Part shown: piece after piece, positions 57,131 through 64,000 of the stretch
How positions within the stretch are numbered: position 1 is the stretch's first letter
Layout: each line of letters opens with the position of its first letter
Assembly: GCA_040954595.2 (NCBI GenBank)
Contig: CM082585.2
Span: 6,969,808 to 7,033,807 of the forward strand
DNA: 64,000 nt
Source: Balanoglossus misakiensis
Lineage: Eukaryota; Animalia; Hemichordata
Direction of reading: 5' to 3'
The notes under the pieces: model-generated
Seen by the model: only the letters and a program-made list of their open reading frames with translations
The model's database searches: none
What the model was told of the DNA's origin: nothing
Position numbers and translations under genes: made by a program

Positions 57131-59499
57131 TGTTAACAAGACGTCATGAAAATCAATTAGTATTCGATCAGTTAACCGAGTATAGAGTATCATGGCGGTT
57201 GGAATTAGATACCGCAATGGACCGCGCTCACTCACCAATACGTAGGTCATTCTTCATTTCAACTTCGTTGCTTTCTTCAATTTCCGCAATAGTGGATGAC
57301 GTAAAAGAATCGCAAACCCATGAAATTAAACTAACCGGGGACCTCGGAAAAGAAAGTGGTCAGTACTAGACGTACGTCTATGAAGACTCGTCACAGAGAG
57401 TTGAATTTATTTAAAGAGGTTACGAATGGGGAGAATACATTGACTCAGTGTTCTGCACGTTTTTCAGCTACTTATTCTTTAGTTTTTTGCATTTTGCTCG
57501 GGATAACTTCTGAAAAAGCTATTATAACTAGTAGCATTGTATCCTGAAGGCGTGCGTGCTAAGTACCTCTTTCGATCTTTAAACAAGAAATGGAAACAAA
57601 CACTTTAATCCTCTTCAGATACTCCCGGTTGCGGTTTAAATTGCTGCGGTAAAGTCGTTGTCTCCTTTTTTAATCCTTAGAAAAAACGACTTCATGCTTT
57701 CGTGCAATTTAGTTTAAGTAAAGTGCTCTGTGTTTAAAAGACTCAGGCTTCAAAAGGATTGCCATTTCAGTTTATACAGTAAACTGTGTGTGAAACGTTT
57801 TGTGGCAATCGAGGTTTTCCATATATGGAATATCATTGGTTCATTCGGACACGTGACATTCACCTGATTGGCTGTTCGGCGTCTATTCGCTCCGGACATT
57901 GACGCCATGTTAATGTATTGGTTGGTTGGGTGGTTACGATAGTTGGTTGATTAAATGATTCATCCCAAATGATTTCTCCAGTGTCACAACAAATGAACGC
58001 CAGCTCTACCCCGTCGTCACGACCCACTGCTACAGGTCAACTCGGTCACCGTTCCCGTCTATTTTTAAGCACAGACGTGGGATATATTAAATCAAAACAC
58101 GTTTCCGTGCGACGGTCGGTCGTCAACACGGCAAAGTCTTGTTTTTTTCTTTCTTCACCGCACACTCACTTGCTTGTCAACCACAGTGTGAGTAACGAAG
58201 ATACATGTGCGTCATTAGGACTGTCAGAAAACACAACTAAAAGTTCAAGGAATCGCGACTGTAAACAACTACGTGTGAAATGAGTAAAATATTCATAACG
58301 GCGTCTTTGCTCGCGAGATCAATAGTGGCCTCGCATCTTGTGAAATCGAAATCGCTTGAGTGTACGTGCTGTGTACGCCCATTCTGATATACACCAGATG
58401 AAGCGAAAATGTTGACATATGTCAGGTTTTTTCAGAAGAGCTTCTTTCGATTGGACGAAATAATGTTTTCAACAGCGCAACCCCTGAAAAACAAATCAAA
58501 CAAAGATGTCTTCGTTTTCGTGAGCAGCTCAATAGCCTCATAGATTTTAAGATCTGCGTGTGCAAAAAAACTTACTCGCGTTTGTCAGACATGTTTCCGC
58601 TAACGCATTATTCATCTGCAAACTGGTCGCCGGTCATCACATTTTGTCGTCTGCTTGTACATTCAGACAAATGCAATCTCCGCTCTGTGTCTCAGTCACC
58701 CGTCAAACAAGGTTAAAGACATCAGCTCGTATTTCGGAGAATATAGACAGCGTGTAAAGCGGAGTGACAGCCCAGAAATGGGTCTGAAGATATTTTAGCA
58801 CGGCGATCAAATTTAATTGAAAGCGTTGTGATGTCGCTAGGGTCAATAAAAATACAGAAATCAAGCTCGGTTAGACTCCGCCGAGATGCCCGAGGGCGCG
58901 GGCAACAAACACGAAACTGCGAAATCCTCAAGAGACCTTGGTAATGGATGCCAGGTGAATCCATAAAAAATCCGGGTTTTGTTTTATCAAGTACGATACA
59001 TACAATCTAAGCACGGAGTGAAAAGAAAAACACACAGTTTAGCTCACACTACACTCAGGTAAACAACGCGTGACAGTCTTGTTATTGATAATAAATAACA
59101 CGGTTTGTTTATTTTGTTCTCCAGGTGATAACACAAGGTCAAGGTCTCATGCGAATGAAATGATCAAGACCTGGTCCATCTGGCTAATGACAATAATCAG
59201 GTAATCTTCATGACACCCTAATGGGATTATAGCTTTAATGTCATCTGTATGCCGGCAATGAAAGGGAACTATTGTCATCCCGTGATTGACGGCTGATGAT
59301 GGCTTCATTTCATTTATACTACTTTTTGGATATTTCCCATTGAACTTCTCAGCAGGCTTACCCCGGGTAGTCGATTCCAGTAAATTACATTTCATCGATG
59401 CGGTTTATACCTTGAAAGTCTCTCGCTTGGGGTCAAGGTTTTGCTACATGCTCGGTTAGACGCGCGTGTTCTTAATGTGTTGCTTGATTTGATTTGTAC

Positions 59500-59606
59500 A
59501 TGTATGTATGTATGTATGTATGTATGTATGTATGTATGTATGTATGTATGTATGTATGTATGTATGTATGTATGTATGTATGTATGTATGTATGTATGTA
59601 TGTATG

Positions 59607-59637
<31 letters not shown>

Positions 59638-59795
59638 TTATGTATGTATGTATGTATGTATGTATGTATGTATGTATGTATGTATGTATGTATGTATGTA
59701 TGTATGTATGTATGTATGTATGTATGTATGTATGTATGTATGTATGTATGTATCTATGTATGTATCTATGTATCTATGTATCATATCTATGTATC
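59500..59795. repeat. Microsatellite (TATG)n with degenerate right end
   Basis: Directly visible; its unit is the reverse complement of the 55077-55374 array unit. Confidence 0.97.
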
Positions 59796-61138
59796 ATGTA
59801 ACTACATACACAATTACAGACATATATACTACACAGTGTGATGGTATTTTCCTACCTTCAATCACTATTCTGAATGACGTCGATGAGAAATACCAAATTG
59901 GCAATTAGGTAGAAGGATTCATCATAGACCTTGTAAACTGAATAGTCCTCATCGGTTCTTCTATCGTCATCCCCAAACAAATTGAGGAGAGATTTCTAAC
60001 AGGGAAAAACCTTATTACTCTGCGTGATTGGTTGAAGAAAATGCTTGCATGCTCTGTGAAAATCGCCATGGCGTAAAATATCCCTGTTTTTTATCAGGCA
60101 GTCTTCGGCGAATAAAACATCCAAAAAAATTACGAATGATGAAAAATTACTTTCGAGGGAAGCGGTTGGAGCACTAAAACTATTATCGAAAAAATAAAAC
60201 CGGAAATGAAAATATTTCATGCAATTACAAGAGATGACGTATTTTCGTGTTACAAGTAAATCGTACTAGCATGCGTTTACTCTAATTGCCGCCAATCTGT
60301 GTTCTCTTCACTCGTCGGACAAGAAGTACCGAAGGTACTTTGGCGCCAAAAGGCTTTTCATTGATTGCAATGATACACAATTTGTGAGTGGTATGTATAT
60401 GGCGCCCTGCGAAACATGGCCGCTGGGTTAACACCAAGAGGACAGTAATTGTATATTTTGCATGCTGTGAATCTGTAGCTTACGGTTTAGAAAGGAAAAT
60501 GGGATGAACTAAACTGTTCTATAGTCGGATCGCTTTGAACATCAACGTCCTCACGATTCGCCCCCATATCATATTGGATATAATCTTTCAAATGATTGGT
60601 TACAATAACATCATGATCAATGAACCACTTTATTTTGTTTTGTTTGGGTTTAACACAACATTTTATAATCGCACAGTAGAGTACAATAATGTTTGCTATT
60701 AAAGTGATCGAAATTAATAAATCAAGTCGTTAGGAAAGAATACAAACTGAAGGGAAATTACACTATATATTTTGATCGGCATAAAATTAGGAGCGACACC
60801 CTCAGCTTGACATGGAGCAATATTTGGACGTAGACTTGTACCATGCTGGTCGTCCGTGAGATGAAAGTGTTAAGTTGAAAATTGATCGCTTTTGAGAAAA
60901 TATCCGATGGATTATATTCGCCGCCACTTCTTTTGAGTTGAGGTCGAAAAATAGTCTCTTCATAGTCTCGTAAATTTTACAGAAATATTTGTAAATGTTT
61001 GTGTCAAGAAAAAATCTGTACAATGAATTGTTAAATCATATTATGATGTGATTATCAGAGAATGTTGAATTGGACGGCGTGTATTGTTTGTGTCTACGCC
61101 AGAATCCTGCAACAGGCGGGTTGCGTTGGAAGTTATCG

Positions 61139-62578
61139 CTACGTGTCAGAGAAGCGAACGTGGATGGTGGGAGGAACTTTTGACTTGATCTGTCCGCTGA
61201 TTGTGAAGACGGTGGTTCTGTTCGATTCGGTGTCGTTGTCCAGTGTCGTCACGTTCGTGTCTGTGCTCCCGTTGCTGATCTTCGTCGACTGCGCCGGTTG
61301 CTGCGCCGTCGACTCGGCCTCTGCCACCGACTGTATGGGGCTCAGGTCCCTCACCGCCATCTCGCTGATTTCCGGGCAGAACTGGGAGGGGATGTGCGAG
61401 AGGGTGGCCCCCGAGGTGCGCCACTCGTCCGTGTAGGCGGCGCTCATGCGGTTGTTCATGATCGAGCCCTTCCTCGGCTTCGGCAGCAGACACTTGCAGC
61501 GGTTCCGGCAGACCAGGTGCACCAGGTCCCGGCGTATACTGCGGTGCATGTATCCGTAGATGCACGGGTGCAGGCAACACTGGCAGAAGAGTAGAACGAT
61601 GGCCACCGTGTGGAGGACGGTCGGCCACGGCCCTAGTGGTCTCTGGTGCGATTCCATAAAATTAACGACAGTGTACGGTCCCATGCTCACAATAAAAGAC
61701 CCCATAACGATGAAGACTACTTTGGCCGCTTTCATGTCTCTCTTGAAACGCCTTTTGCTTCTTATCTGGCGGTTTGCTCCCTGTTTCTGTTGGTTCATGT
61801 TGATCTCGCCCACGTTCGTTTCGGGCATCGGGTGGATCTCGTTCTGCCGGTACGCCGCCCGGAATATTTTCCAGTACCCCCTCATCATAATGAGAACGGG
61901 GAGGATGAGGGTTGTCAAGGCGATGTATACGGTGTACGAGAAGGAGGAAGAGCCCGGCTTGTACCACAGAACAGAGCAGGCCGACCTGCTGGCGTGCCAC
62001 CCGAACGTACCCCAGTTGTACAGGGGCGGTGTGCTCTGGAGAACGGCGACGACCCACGTGAAGACGATGAGGTTGGTACACGTCGTCGGCGTCATGCGAC
62101 TGTGATACGAAAGAGGATGAAGTATAGCCAGGTAACGGTCAATGGACACGATGACTATAGTATACACGGCGGCGAAGGAAAATATATGAGTGAAACAAGC
62201 CACTGCTTGGCACCATGTCTCGGAGTATATCCATTCCGAGTATATGGCAGAGACTATAGCGAAGGGCATCACCAAAATCGACTGGAACAGATCGGCGACC
62301 AACAGATTGCATACAAATTTGTTGGCGATGTTCATCAGTTTGGGGTTGCGGTACAGGACGATCAAAACAAGCGTGTTTCCGAAGAAAGATAGAAAAATCT
62401 CAATAATGAGCAGAGTTACCTTCAGGGCGATTTCCACGTTCCCCGGGCAGAGACGACTGAAATTGCTGACTGTGCAGTCGACGGCGGCGTCAAAGTGAAA
62501 CCCCGCCGCAATATCGCTTCCATTCGGTAGAATAGCCGTTCCGTTGTCGCTGAGGTTCGAGTGAGTCCCCGGCACCAT
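61139..62578 (-). CDS. GPR101: Class A orphan GPCR, GPR101-like (GPR101/GPR161 group), intronless CDS, 479 aa
   Basis: Single ORF with seven hydrophobic segments, N-terminal sequons (NLS, NGT, NGS, NFS), GN in TM1, LLVADL in TM2, DRYLAILHPLSY, LQSTPPLY, KAAKVVF and QCCLHPCIYGYMH. LQSTPPLY and the HPxxYGYMH TM7 motif match what I recall of GPR101. The ORF-track start at 62719 is a TTG; the first in-frame ATG (gcaagATGg, good Kozak context) is at 62578. Confidence 0.88.
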   Translation of the reverse strand: MVPGTHSNLSDNGTAILPNGSDIAAGFHFDAAVDCTVSNFSRLCPGNVEIALKVTLLIIEIFLSFFGNTLVLIVLYRNPKLMNIANKFVCNLLVADLFQSILVMPFAIVSAIYSEWIYSETWCQAVACFTHIFSFAAVYTIVIVSIDRYLAILHPLSYHSRMTPTTCTNLIVFTWVVAVLQSTPPLYNWGTFGWHASRSACSVLWYKPGSSSFSYTVYIALTTLILPVLIMMRGYWKIFRAAYRQNEIHPMPETNVGEINMNQQKQGANRQIRSKRRFKRDMKAAKVVFIVMGSFIVSMGPYTVVNFMESHQRPLGPWPTVLHTVAIVLLFCQCCLHPCIYGYMHRSIRRDLVHLVCRNRCKCLLPKPRKGSIMNNRMSAAYTDEWRTSGATLSHIPSQFCPEISEMAVRDLSPIQSVAEAESTAQQPAQSTKISNGSTDTNVTTLDNDTESNRTTVFTISGQIKSKVPPTIHVRFSDT

Positions 62579-64000
62579 CTTGCTTTGAAAATGCTGACGA
62601 ACAATTTGCGGGCGGTTTTCACATCGAGAGCGGGCCTCCGCTGGAAAATCTCGGCTGTCTCGAGCAGATCGTGTATCGTGCGACGTTTCGGATGAATAAT
62701 GATAGAGTCTCGCCACCAACTGACAATTACGGCGTGCTGCTCACGCGCCACTTGACCCCTATACCGTTAACTTTGACAAGCTCGCCACTAATCGCTGTAT
62801 TTTAAAAACATCCGATTAGTAAAAAAAGCATTCAAATAAGAACACTGTTCAAATCCAGCAGTTCCAACGCCTCTGAAGTTATTTCGTGTCCTTTTGGCTC
62901 GAAAAGGCGTCTCTGTATCGCTTGCACTCGCGTTGTCAGGCTAGGTAAGCAGCTAAAAATGATATTGGCCAAGTTAGAAGTTATATCCAAAACGATGCGC
63001 GTAATCTGCTCGTCAAACTCTCTTTTGATGGAACGACTCGCTTGAATACAACTGGAACCAACCTACCTCACCGCGTTGCATCCTGGGAAGTAAATCGGGA
63101 TTAAAGCGAAATAGTTATATTAATATTAATATTATAATTGGATACATCGGGCTGCTCGCTATGCTCGTCTTTCCGTCGGGTAGGCGCAACTTTTGTGAAA
63201 GGCATCCGAGATGCTGTTAAAAAAGCCGTCCGGTCCACGCTATTGCAGACGTATTGAAAAAATCTGTAAGGATTAAATAAATTCACCAAGTGAACAACTG
63301 CAAGCGATCTGTGGACTTTGCAGGCTTTTTCTGGGAGGGCGCTACGCAACTAAATGTTAGATATCGCCATTTCGCTGGCGAAATGTCTAGTATTTTTTTT
63401 TAAGAATTCGGTGTGGGTTGTCAAATTCACACACATGGCATGTATATACTTGGTGATACAATGTACCCACTCTCTCATCCTCGCTGGCCAAGCTGTGTTT
63501 ATTTTGGGCAAGGGGTTTTAAAGACCTTGCATTGGTCCAGATAGCGACCTTGCGATCGGATGATGTCAATGTTTGTGTATATATCATTCAAGCCGGTGTT
63601 TCTTGTTCATTTTTTTATACACAACACTCCCTTAGAGACGTGGAAAATAATAAGAAATGAGAATTGCGTTAGTTTACCGTAAAACCCGACCCCCAACTGC
63701 TGTCGGATGCAGTAGGTGGGTAATACAGTGAGTATCATTCGCCGCTTCTGGCTATTCCAATTAGTATTAATCCTCCTGGGGAAACGTGCCCTAATTTGAA
63801 CTCATTCAACATCGTTCTCTTATGTCAGCGCTCTATTTTTAAGGTCACTGTGTCCTGTCAGGACGAGGAGGCAGACTTGAGAGTCACGTCAGAAAACGGT
63901 GGTTTTGACAGAAGGAATTATACGAAGGTGTTCGTTCTTTTTTTAAGCCCGCGGGGGTTATTCGCGTGTCAATCTTATTGAGGTAAGCCGCGACATACTG

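Noticed and set aside
35100-61000. Numerous 60-130 aa ORFs in the intergenic desert
   Set aside because: None has a recognisable domain or consistent splice-phase chain; their size and number fit chance ORFs with alternative starts.
61062-62498. Long antisense and alternate-frame ORFs overlapping the GPCR (up to 248 aa)
   Set aside because: Expected shadows of a GC3-rich coding sequence; no recognisable domain.
62579-62719. 47-aa N-terminal extension of the GPCR in the ORF track
   Set aside because: It starts at TTG; the first ATG with good Kozak context is at 62578, so this is probably 5' UTR.

Overview
Eukaryotic (animal) genomic DNA, AT-rich with GT-AG spliced genes. The intron-rich, vertebrate-like gene structures suggest an invertebrate deuterostome (inference). 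Four protein-coding genes were reconstructed by hand. (1) The 3' five coding exons of a PRKX-type cAMP-dependent kinase (+, 10388-19087); the 5' exons lie upstream of the window. (2) A complete 16-exon MFSD1 lysosomal transporter (-, 31222-26050, 519 aa). (3) A complete 6-exon PBK/TOPK mitotic kinase (+, 31906-34487, 349 aa), head-to-head with MFSD1. (4) An intronless GPR101-like orphan GPCR (-, 62578-61139, 479 aa). About 26 kb between PBK and the GPCR carries no recognisable gene and is much richer in CpG than the gene bodies. Repeats include several TTAA-flanked Kolobok-like MITEs, fold-back palindromes and two mutually inverted (TACA)n/(TATG)n arrays. No prokaryotic-type system, CRISPR array, rRNA or convincing tRNA is present, and I see no clearly novel system. 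The best leads are regulatory and inferential: an apparent excess of perfect CRE and RFX X-box motifs around two cAMP-pathway genes, a bidirectional promoter joining lysosomal (CLEAR) and cell-cycle (E2F/CHR) motifs, CTCF-like sites at the edge of the GPR101 gene desert, and an unexplained CpG-rich patch with a TATA/Kozak small ORF at about 23 kb.
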